Assembly: GCA_965644295.1 (NCBI GenBank)
Contig: CBFFRP010000186.1
Location: forward strand, 62,001-126,000
From: Paraphysomonas bandaiensis
Taxonomy: Eukaryota > Protista > Chrysophyceae
DNA length: 64,000 nucleotides
Direction of reading: 5' to 3'
Part shown: positions 1 to 10,400 of the stretch, piece by piece
Position numbering within the stretch: the stretch's first letter is position 1
Layout: each line of letters opens with the position of its first letter
Made by a program: the position numbers and the translations under genes
Notes under the pieces: generated by a model
The model's input: only the letters and a program-made list of their open reading frames with translations
What the model was told of the DNA's origin: nothing
The model's database searches: none

Positions 1-375
1 GCCTCAATCTCTCAGAAACGAGATTCCGCCTTACACAGATACAAGGAGTGTCCGCGAAAACTCCTAATTGAAGCTCAAATGGAAAGCGCTTTCGGAACAC
101 AGTACCAGTGCTCCCTCAATGCGCGTGGACTACGTACCATTGAAGCGGCAGTTGTTTCCCTCTTTCAACCGCTCTATAATGCAGCCAAACAAATGCTCCA
201 AGATCGTAGTGGGCGTTATGCTGCTGTCAACCGGAGGGGGGCGGAAAGACTCCCCACTAGCAGTGACGCCAACTCCGTCAGCTACTCCTCTGCCCAAGGC
301 CCAACTCGCAGCAAGAGCTATTCCAAGGCACACAGGAGCCCCAATATTCCCCCTCGTCCATGTATCTCAGGTTAA
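1..375 (+). mobile_element. 3' end of an ORF running in from outside the window, possibly the tail of a retroelement ORF
   Basis: Frame 1 is open from base 1 to the stop at 373-375 and is followed ~140 bp later by a copy of the dispersed structured repeat (513-696). No domain recognised. Confidence 0.3.
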
Positions 376-512
376 TATCACTTGACTCACTGATATAGAA
401 TCCTCCTCCACAAAGTCCCGAGGTGCCCTATCCTAAGGGGCGTCCTCCTGAATGATCCCTCTGTACTTCAAGAACTGACGTCCACAGAGAGCTTCTCCCT
501 CACACACAAGAA

Positions 513-696
513 CGGAAGTGGTTGCACCTTGGTGCTTGCGACGACGCACAAGCAGCTTCTGTAGCGTTAAATAGTAGGATATGAGAATTTGTACGAGTTA
601 GTTACTGGTAGAGGTCGATCTAGCTTGACTAGTCTTCATCTAACTACTTATCTGGTGTCGATTCTTGACGCCTACTGCTAATAATAGGACTTTCAC
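513..696 (+). repeat. Dispersed structured repeat module, copy 1
   Basis: GGAAGTGGTTGCACCTTGGTGCTT...GCACAAGCAGCTTCTGTAGCGTTAAATAGTAGG...ACGCCTACTGCTAATAATAGGACTTTCA recurs, diverged, at 26558, 38470 (-), 39152 and partially at 40688 and 40736 (-). Confidence 0.85.
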
Positions 697-849
697 AGAA
701 TTATATTAGCTTTCTAGTCATACTACTACTATTGACTATTGGTAATATGCAGGATAAAGGCTGAGAAACAATCGTTTGTAAAGCATGAGGTGCATAGAAC
801 TAATGAGTTGTTCTCTAAGTCATTCTCTGTTTACAGAGAATCTACATAT

Positions 850-902
850 AGTTGACTACAATCTGCGTCAATTGATTGACAATATATTGGTACGCAGCCC
901 TG
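850..902 (-). mobile_element. Partial inverted copy of the hAT-like MITE left end
   Basis: Reverse complement resembles 969-1010 (CAGGGCTG...AATTGACGCAG.TTGTAGTCAA). Confidence 0.65.
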
Positions 903-968
903 ATATATATAAATATGTAGTTTTCTTTCATTTAGGTGCTGATTCTGGACTTTCATATATATAAATAT

Positions 969-1085
969 CAGGGCTGAGTATCAATTAATTGACGCAGGTT
1001 GTAGTCAATTATAATAGCAATTATACTTGCTGTCTCAATTTCAATAATTGACAATTAATAGAAAATCAATTGATACGCAGCCCTG
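969..1085. mobile_element. 117-bp hAT-like MITE
   Basis: TIRs CAGGGCTGAGTATCAATT / AATTGATACGCAGCCCTG; perfect 8-bp TSD ATAAATAT at 961-968 and 1086-1093; related end at ~33170-33243. Confidence 0.85.
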
Positions 1086-1396
1086 ATAAATATATGGCAA
1101 ATATATTCAATGCAATAGCATTAACAGTGTAATTCTAAAACAGTTAAAACGTTAAAACCGCCTTACGGTCACATATAGTCCTTCGTTAACATAATTGAGT
1201 TAACAATAGCTACTGATATTTACATTGAGTATAAATGCCTTGAATACTGTACTTACCCTTCAATGCAATGCGGATGTTTATACGTTTATACAATTTGATT
1301 TCTTAGAACATAAGTTTTTTCGCCAAAAATATTTATTGCATAATAATTAAGTATTATATCACATGATGCAATTGTCGGCATTAATAGAACACTACT

Positions 1397-4090
1397 TCAA
1401 TTATCATAAGGATTTCCCTCCCAGTTAAATTTTTCGATGTCATCATTAGAGATGTGCGTTGCAGAGTTTAAAGGTGAAGCATCGGTAGGCTGAAGGGTGG
1501 TTTGGCTCACAAGAGAAATTGCGTTTAAGCTATCCCCAAGAATGTCCACAGGAGATGCCGACGCAACTGGAGCTGGTTCAGCATTGGCACATTGCACAAC
1601 ATACCGCTCAACACTCACCACAAATTCTTGCTCTAAATTAAGTAATTCATCAATACACTGGGCGACGGTGTCATTCAGATATAACAGTTCCCTGAACTCG
1701 ACTCTGCTCAATACATCGATAGACTCGGATTTAGCTCTCATAACAGTTAAAAATCCTATCGCATCGAACCAGCCCCCGACAGAAAAACGAAGAGTATCAT
1801 CTACCATATCAATACAATATCCAAGCATCATGTCAACAATTGCAGTCCATCTTGCATCAGATAATGCACCCGCAGGTATAGATGAAACAGAGGGCTTAGA
1901 ATTAGTTAAAGCGACGTTTACCAATCTTTTCCAATTCAAACAGTCCGTCGGATTAAGAACAGTGAGCTTAGGTGAAAAAATATTTATGGTGTCAGCAGCC
2001 GCAAGCGCGAACAGGGGTGACAGCATGCATGCTTGAAACATCCCAAGGTTTCTAATATCTTGAGAAGGTATATCGAAACATAAAATCAGAGAATGAAGAA
2101 CAGTAATTACACAGGCCGCGAAGCTAGGTAAGCACTCCATCACACGCTTCAGACGCTCAGTTTTTTTCACTGTGGGACGTGAACATCGTTTACGCAGTAT
2201 AGCTCGCCACCAGAATACCATACGATCGACCAACATACTATAGTTGTCCAGTTCCCGTCGATTAGATCCAGCAATTATACTGAGCAAAAATGGTACCACC
2301 GCGTCAGGCCAAGGGCTTGTGGACAGTCCCGCCACATGCTTCAGCATTGATAGTCGCTGGTCCAGGTCTACCATAGCGCCTCCATGACCAATCTTCCAGG
2401 GGTAGTCCGTATCGAGTAAGAGTAACTGCACCTCGTGATTCACAACGTACCACCGAAGTTTCGTCGCAGTATTCTCTAAAGCATTTAATTTAAGGCAACC
2501 CTCATTTGGTAATTCGCCATCTCTATCAACATAACGTTTTAGGCTAACCTCATTATAAGCGGTGTTTATGCTAGCAGTGGAGGGCTGCAACTTCTCACTT
2601 TTCCAGTACAGTATAGGTGAATTTTCATAAATGCTACTGAAACTTGAAATCCATTTGTTGAAGTCTACTGCAGACACGCTAATACAAGTTGGGTCAGAAG
2701 AGGCTTCAGAGTTCGCATTTTCTTGAGTTAAGGATTCCGCTTGCTCCCTGCACTTACGAATATGACAATATTCGGTAGAGAGGGATCGTAAAGGGGCAAC
2801 AAGCTTCTCGGTGTCAATATCCAAGGGTTCAATATCTGCCCATGCTCCCCACTTACCCTTGTACAGTGTACTTGTCAATTGATTGTGGCCATCAATTTCA
2901 TTTAACGATTCGTATATTCGTTTGACTATGACTCGTTTAGTTTCCGTCCCAACAAGGTTAGTAGTGTTACGTGCAAGATGGTACATTCTCCCTTCTCCAA
3001 TTTTCGGTAGTATACCAAACAGCTTCCCTTGAGAATTTCTTAAAACAGCTCTAGCCACTCTGAGAACTTCCTGAACAATACCTTCTGCCGAATCCTGAAG
3101 CTCCGGAATCACATATTCATCATCTGTTAGAATATGATACCACTTATTTTTTGCTACATAAAATTGCCACGTGAGAACAAGTGCAGAAGCTGATATAAGA
3201 TTTACAAGAGGCTTATTTTCAGTCAAATTATAGGATGAAAGGAAACTGTTCATAAAGACTATAAGCTGAAACGGGTCCTTGTCCTTTTGAACCCATTCAC
3301 GCAAGTCCTCTCCCCATAGCAGTGCTGAAATTAAAACCAGTGACCATTCTGATAATTTACACCCATATTTTATATGAAAGTCTCTAAGATTTGGGAATTT
3401 AGTAAACAAAAAATTATTTAAAGACCTTAGTGCCAAGTGTATGGGTACCAAAGGTCCCTTTAGCAGTGATCCATTCACATGATCGGAGTGAACGATAGTG
3501 CATCGTCTCGGACAAAACAGTTTCACCGTATCAGGCACCCCAACAATCAGAGATGCATCATTACTAAAGACCACTACCTCTTCACCATTCGCAACAAGAT
3601 CTATGCATAGTTGACGTATAAGTACATCGGCTTCTTGTTCAGCGTGTATTGTTTCCACATCCACACCATTCCTTCGATGTGTGTCTATAGTAATATCTTT
3701 TACAGCTAGTGAAACATTCGTCGCAGATGATTCCGCTGTGAATGAGTTGAGAATCTTCTTCGACTTACTTGCGTTTGCTAATGAATCTGATAGCCGTTGT
3801 TTCATACGATTGAGTTTGACGAGAGCACGTGTTGCATTGTGAGGTCCGTCTCGTATGATGCGTATCTTATACCCGCTATTCATCACTGCTGCCCAGTACT
3901 GTGCAGAGTATTCGTGTGCGAATATAGAGCCAAAGCCGTTAGGCAAGGCGATGTTATTGCTGTCAACTAAGAGGTAAGGCGCACGGCCGGTCGGTGAGGC
4001 GTGGAGGGTTTGGTTTAAGCAGTCCCTGTCACGGCCTGTGAAGAACATGTGACCATTGTCGATCAAGTGAAGGAAATGATGGAAACCCAT
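1397..4090 (-). CDS. Asteroid/FAM120/XPG-like PIN-domain protein, 897 aa, single exon
   Basis: N-terminal MG..F, LLVDSN, IIRDG, EQEADVLI, VVFSNDAS match the order and spacing of FEN1/XPG/Asteroid PIN motifs; C-terminal ~650 aa not recognised. Confidence 0.65.
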   Translation of the reverse strand: MGFHHFLHLIDNGHMFFTGRDRDCLNQTLHASPTGRAPYLLVDSNNIALPNGFGSIFAHEYSAQYWAAVMNSGYKIRIIRDGPHNATRALVKLNRMKQRLSDSLANASKSKKILNSFTAESSATNVSLAVKDITIDTHRRNGVDVETIHAEQEADVLIRQLCIDLVANGEEVVVFSNDASLIVGVPDTVKLFCPRRCTIVHSDHVNGSLLKGPLVPIHLALRSLNNFLFTKFPNLRDFHIKYGCKLSEWSLVLISALLWGEDLREWVQKDKDPFQLIVFMNSFLSSYNLTENKPLVNLISASALVLTWQFYVAKNKWYHILTDDEYVIPELQDSAEGIVQEVLRVARAVLRNSQGKLFGILPKIGEGRMYHLARNTTNLVGTETKRVIVKRIYESLNEIDGHNQLTSTLYKGKWGAWADIEPLDIDTEKLVAPLRSLSTEYCHIRKCREQAESLTQENANSEASSDPTCISVSAVDFNKWISSFSSIYENSPILYWKSEKLQPSTASINTAYNEVSLKRYVDRDGELPNEGCLKLNALENTATKLRWYVVNHEVQLLLLDTDYPWKIGHGGAMVDLDQRLSMLKHVAGLSTSPWPDAVVPFLLSIIAGSNRRELDNYSMLVDRMVFWWRAILRKRCSRPTVKKTERLKRVMECLPSFAACVITVLHSLILCFDIPSQDIRNLGMFQACMLSPLFALAAADTINIFSPKLTVLNPTDCLNWKRLVNVALTNSKPSVSSIPAGALSDARWTAIVDMMLGYCIDMVDDTLRFSVGGWFDAIGFLTVMRAKSESIDVLSRVEFRELLYLNDTVAQCIDELLNLEQEFVVSVERYVVQCANAEPAPVASASPVDILGDSLNAISLVSQTTLQPTDASPLNSATHISNDDIEKFNWEGNPYDN

Positions 4091-4936
4091 ATGGAACTGA
4101 GAAGGTATTCAAGTCTTAATGTGTGTTGGATGGTAATGCGAAGATTTATGATTGTACTGCACTGTTGTATGGGGATAGTTTTTGGACGGTATCATGCTGA
4201 TGTTGTCCAGTTTTGTCCTGCTCCCGTCGGGACACTCTGCAGAAATTTCTTAGAGATGGACACTTGCAAAAAAAAATACACCTTCCAATATTTTCTTATA
4301 AAATCATCAATTTTTATAATCAAAATTCATCATTTCTATTTTACATACAGGAAATTGCCTTGTCTCCTGTAATACACTGGATTTCATAGTTATGCAAAGT
4401 ATGATCAAATCAAGGAGCTGCCCTGCCCTATTCGTACCAGTCTATGGGACCCTTTTTCAGATTTTTTGATTCTTGCTTGTGCCTATTTTTAGCAGTAAAA
4501 GTTCCATTTTTCACTTGATTTATAAAATACAGAGTTTAAAACCAGGATTTTAGTATATTTCTAGGATTTTCTGCTTATTATGCAGTATAGTCCACTGCTG
4601 TACTGTGTATGTGTACATGTATGTGTCTGAGCTGAGTGTCTCAGTAGTAAAGTCCCTGTCTATGGATCAGTAATAGAATCTCAGTGTATTCACTGTGTGT
4701 CATTATCAAGTAAGCTCTAGTTCGATCTCCTCATTCAAGAGGTGGAGAAGGAGCAGCCCAATACCTCGCATGGTCATACATGATCACGAGAGGCTCCGCG
4801 TTATCTGTGTCAGGTGATGGGACGGTACACATGACCCTACTAGTCTCTATATACGGCATGCTTAGCTATGAGACATCCGTGTAATATCAGCGAAGGTCAA
4901 CCGAACGGGGCGGCAACAGAATCTGCACATGATCTA

Positions 4937-5054
4937 TACGGTCAGCTACACCAATACACGGGCTACGTTAATGTACGGTCAGGCTACACCAATACACGGG
5001 CTACGTTAATGTACGGTCAGCTACACCAATACACGGGCTACGTTAATACACGGG
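4937..5054 (+). repeat. ~37-bp tandem repeat, 3 copies
   Basis: TACGGTCAGCTACACCAATACACGGGCTACGTTAAT(G) x3, with a 1-bp insertion in copy 2. Confidence 0.9.
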
Positions 5055-6162
5055 CAGGCGGCCGGGGGGCAGTTGACACTCGTACAGAGGCATTGAGCAC
5101 ATAGCATGCATGGAGAGGTCGCTCAGAGATAACTGGCACTAACACATAGCGAGAGGTGCTTGAGCATCGCTGTCAGTGACCATGTGCACTCCATATCCTC
5201 GTGGCTATATCCCCTCATGCAGATGGACTCAACACTGAGGCATATGCACGTATGTATGTATCTCGATGAGGCTCATCAGATGCAGATATCTTCATGCGGC
5301 TTATGAGCGTTGAAGTGCCTACAGCGAGGGCAGTTAGCACCAGTGCTGGTCGTTAGAGTGGCCAGCTGAAGTGTCGGAGTCGTTCGTCCACCTGTTTGTC
5401 GCATGAGGTGGTGCGGACCCGTCAGTTATGTCTGAAGAGTCCAGCTGCAGCTTCGGATTGAGGGTGAGTGTTGGGGTCTGCTATATGAGAGCATTGAAGG
5501 CTGTAGTTCAAAGATATCTGACAGGACTGTTAATGGAAGAATACAGCAGTAGTGAACTGTATTATGAGAACTATCGTCATGACAGCAATATATTGACCAT
5601 ATAAGATCGTGACATATCTAAGATTGTATGGAAACGATTGGTAGTTGAGACAATATGAATTTGGCGATTGACAAGTGATATTGATCATAAGTTTATTATA
5701 TGTTACTATATGGTTCTAACTTATAATATCAGCATAGAGTGAAAGTTGTTCAGTTCTATTTTCTTACAAAATCTCTTAATATTCTACGACCAACCACTAT
5801 ATCATCCTACAGAATATGCACTTATGCCACCATATACTGTACGGGCTACCATAAACGGCCGTTACGTCCGTATGTACAGATAGTATCAGTACAATCCAAC
5901 CCTATATCTGACCTTAATACTCATAACTCATAACTTCTGTCCTGATCATGATTATTAGCTATCTACCTCTCATCTCATACTACTGCTTTATCCTTATCTT
6001 AGTATCAAAATAGCCTCATAAAAATCACCCATTTTATGTGAAAGAAAAGTGCTTGTTCTTTTTTGAGCTCTTGCATGATTGTGAGTGTAACCGACGATTT
6101 GTCAGAGCAAGTGTGATATATCAGTGCAAGACATTTGCCATTCGCACAATACAAAGTTAAGG

Positions 6163-6804
6163 GGGATGTATTATTCAACCTAGTCAATTTGGTTGACTTT
6201 CCTAGTCACACCAAAATTGGTGTAATAACCTAGTCAAAAGGTGTAAAAACCTAGTCATTAAATAATTAGATTTTTAACTTTACAATGACTAGGTTGACTA
6301 GGTTGACTAGGTGGAATTGAGTATTCACCTAGTCAAACAGGGGAGCATACTATAGCCATAAATTAGAATTCTATATGCCTCACACTTCGTCTTCACAGTC
6401 GAATGCAAATTGGGCTGTTTCTGATGACCAAGTCCGGTGTAGCTCCACAGCAATCTTCATTTCATGGGCATCGAACCCCACAATCTTCGGATGAGCAAGG
6501 ATGTCATCTGGAGCATCAGAAAACCGACACTGCCAGCGAAGAATTTTTTTATTTCTGTGGTTCGGCACCACGCGGTAATCCACGCACATACCATTCAGGT
6601 ACTGTGGGTGGTGTATAGATTTTAATTCGCCTTCTATGACCTCATGCTTCTGTAATTCGTAGCTATATGCGAGTACAATTCATGACTAGGTTTAATACTA
6701 TAATTGGCTAGGTTGAGTCATTTATTGCTTTGACTAGGTTATTACACCAATTTTGGTGTGACTAGGAAAGTCAACCAAATTGACTAGGTTGAATAATATA
6801 TCCC
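6163..6804. mobile_element. Non-autonomous Mutator-like element (MULE MITE), 642 bp
   Basis: ~76-bp near-perfect TIRs starting GGGAT(G/A)TATTATTCAACCTAGTCA; 9-bp TSD AAGTTAAGG at 6154-6162 and 6805-6813; many internal CCTAGTCA/TGACTAGG motifs. Confidence 0.9.
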
Positions 6805-7490
6805 AAGTTAAGGAAGCGAAGTTTTTAAGATATTCTTTCATTTATCTGCTATCGATAAAATAGAATTCCCTGTTGAAAAATATACTAGAAGTTGAACTGC
6901 AAACTGCAGATTATAAGAGACTACTACCTCCAATAAAAAGTTACAGGAAACTATCAAAGTTTGACATTATATGAGGTATGTCAGCTTAACAGCTGAAGGT
7001 AAACTTATACTCAATTCTGAGAATTATAAATTATAATCAATACCTCTTACCCTTAACCAAAATTCATGTTATCTGTACTACTACTTACCACTCATTTCTC
7101 GTACGAACTTAATTCGTCACTTTAACTCTCATCGTCACTATATTCATCTTCACTACTATCTACTAATCGTCATTCACTCTCATAGAACGATTAATAATTG
7201 TACAGCTGTTTTATTTAAATACCTTATAACTAAAGCTTTCAATTGCACTCAAATAGCAGAACTCAACAGAAAAAGACTGTACAGTAAAATATTAGCAGCA
7301 ACCATGAACAGCGAAAAATATTATTAGAACTTCGAGTATAATTGCAGGTAATCTTCGCTTTCTCACTACCACTAAACTAAGTGTGCTATATTTGACCGTC
7401 TACAGCATTCTTAAGCAGTGCTAACGGAAAACCTAACCTTATACTCAGCACGGTAGACACTACACATTGCACCAGTAATACCACATCACA

Positions 7491-10400
7491 TCAGTACTTG
7501 CTTTGCTTCTGCTGCTGAGGGCGAGGGCGAGGATTACTACGCGGAATGTGAGCAGACTGCGAAAAGTCTGCTGAATAACCCGTGCTACTTTCCATCCCAA
7601 TTCCAGCCTCATAAAACCCATCAGAAGCAACCACCGACCGATGCTGGTGCTCAGGCCTATCCCTAGACCCACTGGCATTGTCGCGCGTGCCGGGAAAGAA
7701 GGATGGGGGGCGCGATGAGGTAGGGTATCCCTGGGCCTGTAGATGAGGTGGGCAATTCGAAAATGACATTCCACCACTGCAGACTCCATACACGTCTGAT
7801 GCTGTTAGACCGCCGGGCTGTTGCCGCATGGAGTCACCGTCTCCCACAACGTGAGAGTAATGGTGCCCACTTCCACTGGAACCTCGACCAGATCCTATCA
7901 TGCCTATGGAGTCTACCTTATCTCGCATGATGTCTTCCATAGGCATTGTCAGCATATCTCCCCAGTCATCCTCCTCTGTGCACTGTGAAACCGGGAGAGT
8001 GAAGTTTCTCGCGGGGGATGTGTGGGGTGAAAGGAATAGCGTTGACGGTGGAGTGGAGTCTAAAACACCAGAGGATTCAGCCCTCGGTCTCCCTCCTCCC
8101 CCTCCACTAGAAGTAGGAGACCTCGTATCCGAGAAGTAAGAGGGGGTGGAGAATAGGGAGGAGTCTTCGCACAAACCTAATGCCCCTGCGAATCCTGGTG
8201 GTACCCCCGAGGAGGGTACATTCCACCTATACTCAGAGGCGTCGTAACGGCGACTGAACTGCTCGTCCTCGTACTCAGATGGGCCTCTCTGGGTTCTTTG
8301 CGTAGAGGGTGGTGAGTCCAGGCCCATCGCGGCGGCAAGAAGATTGTCAGTAGAATCGAAGTCTAGGATCCCCGCCACCATATTTTCCATGCCGTGGGAA
8401 ATGGATCGCTGCCTGTCTGGTTTACTTGGAATGCCTTCCACGTCATCCTGCACACCTACATGCGAGCTTAATCTCGACGAATCCCGTAGGCTTGGAGAGA
8501 GTTGAAGACCAGGTGGCGGCCCAAGAGTTGGGGAACGACCAATCGTGCCGGTTGAGGTAGTGTGGCTATGCGGCGAGATAACCTTACTGCTTCTGTTCTT
8601 GACACTATCGGTGCTAAGAATCGGGTCTTGAGTAGGGTCAATGTTACCTCCTTGAGCCTTGGTAATACTAGGGCCTTCAAAAGCAGAGCGAATAATGTTC
8701 TGTACGGTTCCGTTATCCTTATCATGCTCTGGCACCATATTTGAAGCCACTGTGGCCACGGTAACAGCACCGTCAGTCTTCTTTCCTGTGGGAGGGCTGC
8801 CAATTGGTGGCATAGGTACTGAAACGGAATTGATATCGACTTCCTTGTCATTATCCTTGTTTTCAAAGGACTTATCAACTTTACTGGTAGTATTCTTGCC
8901 AGAAGAAGGTGCAGTGGAAAAGTCTCTTGGCTCCTTTGTTGAATGCAGATGCTGTTTGCTTTTCTTCTTGCCTTTGCTTGCCTTCGGCTCACCACTCAGT
9001 CCAACCTCGTGGGCAGAAACAGTAGCAGTTTTGTCTTTCTTGGAAGCCTTCTCTTTTCTCTTCACAGTCGTCTCCGCTACTTCTCCATGCGGTTGAGGCA
9101 CCTGTGTCTCTTGATCTACTGTATGGGGTTCAATCCTCACATCTCTACCATCAGTATCAGTGGATCCCTGTCCTTTACCCTGCTCGTAACTCCGACTTCC
9201 CGATTTCTTCCCAGCCTGCTTACTTTCCATGCCTTTTTTGCTATTGGCACTGTTGTTGGTAGGCTCTTCAGATGCAGCTGAGTGTTGTACTCGACCCATT
9301 TCCCCTGCACTCCTGCTAGCAGCAGATACCTCGGGTGTACTTTGCACTTCACTATGGCTTTCCAATACAACTCCGCTTCCTCCTTCACCTCCACGACAAG
9401 CATCATCTGGTTTAGCGGTGTAGTAGGAACTAATGCGACGCGCCTTCAAGGCTTCAACTGCCTCAAGATTGGCTGCAGCTCCATCTCTATCATCTGCGGT
9501 AAGGATATCAGACAGATTCACTCCTTTCCTCAGATAGGAGAACGCATCTCCCCTGCGGTGCCCAGCAGCTTTGGGATCTAGTGCCAACAGCTGGTCACGA
9601 TATGCTAGTTGTCTTTCTCCTCCATCACTACGTCCCTTCACTGGTGAACGAACGGTTCCCCGGGGTCTCTTTGAAGCATCATCTTCATCCTCGCGAAAGA
9701 CTAGAGCATACTGTTGGTATACCTGTATGCTGAGGCCACATAAAAGCAGGATAGCTATTGCCCGACCCGCGCTGTGGTGTGAAGCTTTAGCGCTGAAGTT
9801 TTCTCGGGTACATTCATTGGCAAGCTCAGGTGCAAGGCGGATGTTGAGGCTGACATCTAGAAGGACTGCCTTATGAATTGCCGACATGAATCCCACTCTA
9901 AGCCTATCCGACCCGACACTGCAGTCGAGTGTGAGAGTCATATTTATGCTTTGTCCGCCGTACGGGGGAATCGTCACCGGGAAAGCTCCACATGAGCTTA
10001 TCTCAGTCCTAGTGCCGGAAGAAACCGTTAACAGACGGCGTAGGTACATGAGCCCAAACCACCCAGAGGACGTCTGAGAAGGGGTGCACAGATTAATCAA
10101 ATTATTAAGAACAACATAATCTACAGTGGCTGGCATTTTGCCAGTGTTGGCGATGAAAAGCTCGAGCATAATGGTTTTCTCTGTCGTATTAATTGCAACA
10201 ATTTCCCTCATCTGGAGGGGGGCTGTAGGTGGTACAGATATAGTAGGTGAAAAGTGGGGGTTTATATCGGCAATGGTCTTCCTACCCTTCAGCACAACTT
10301 CAGCTGTGGTACGGTCCATCTTAACACTGTCATTTATTTCTTCCGGTTGGCCACTAAGGCCATCATCGGGTATTGACGGAGCTCGTGTGGGTTCTAGGTC

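Noticed and set aside
1-696. Fanzor/TnpB gene upstream of the structured module
   Set aside because: The visible ORF tail lacks the CxxC zinc finger and RuvC-III (RDxNAAxN) motifs; the guide-scaffold idea remains only a hypothesis to test elsewhere in the genome.
4720-5520. GC-richer stretch that looks like decayed coding sequence
   Set aside because: No sustained ORF or recognisable motif; cannot be supported as a gene or pseudogene.
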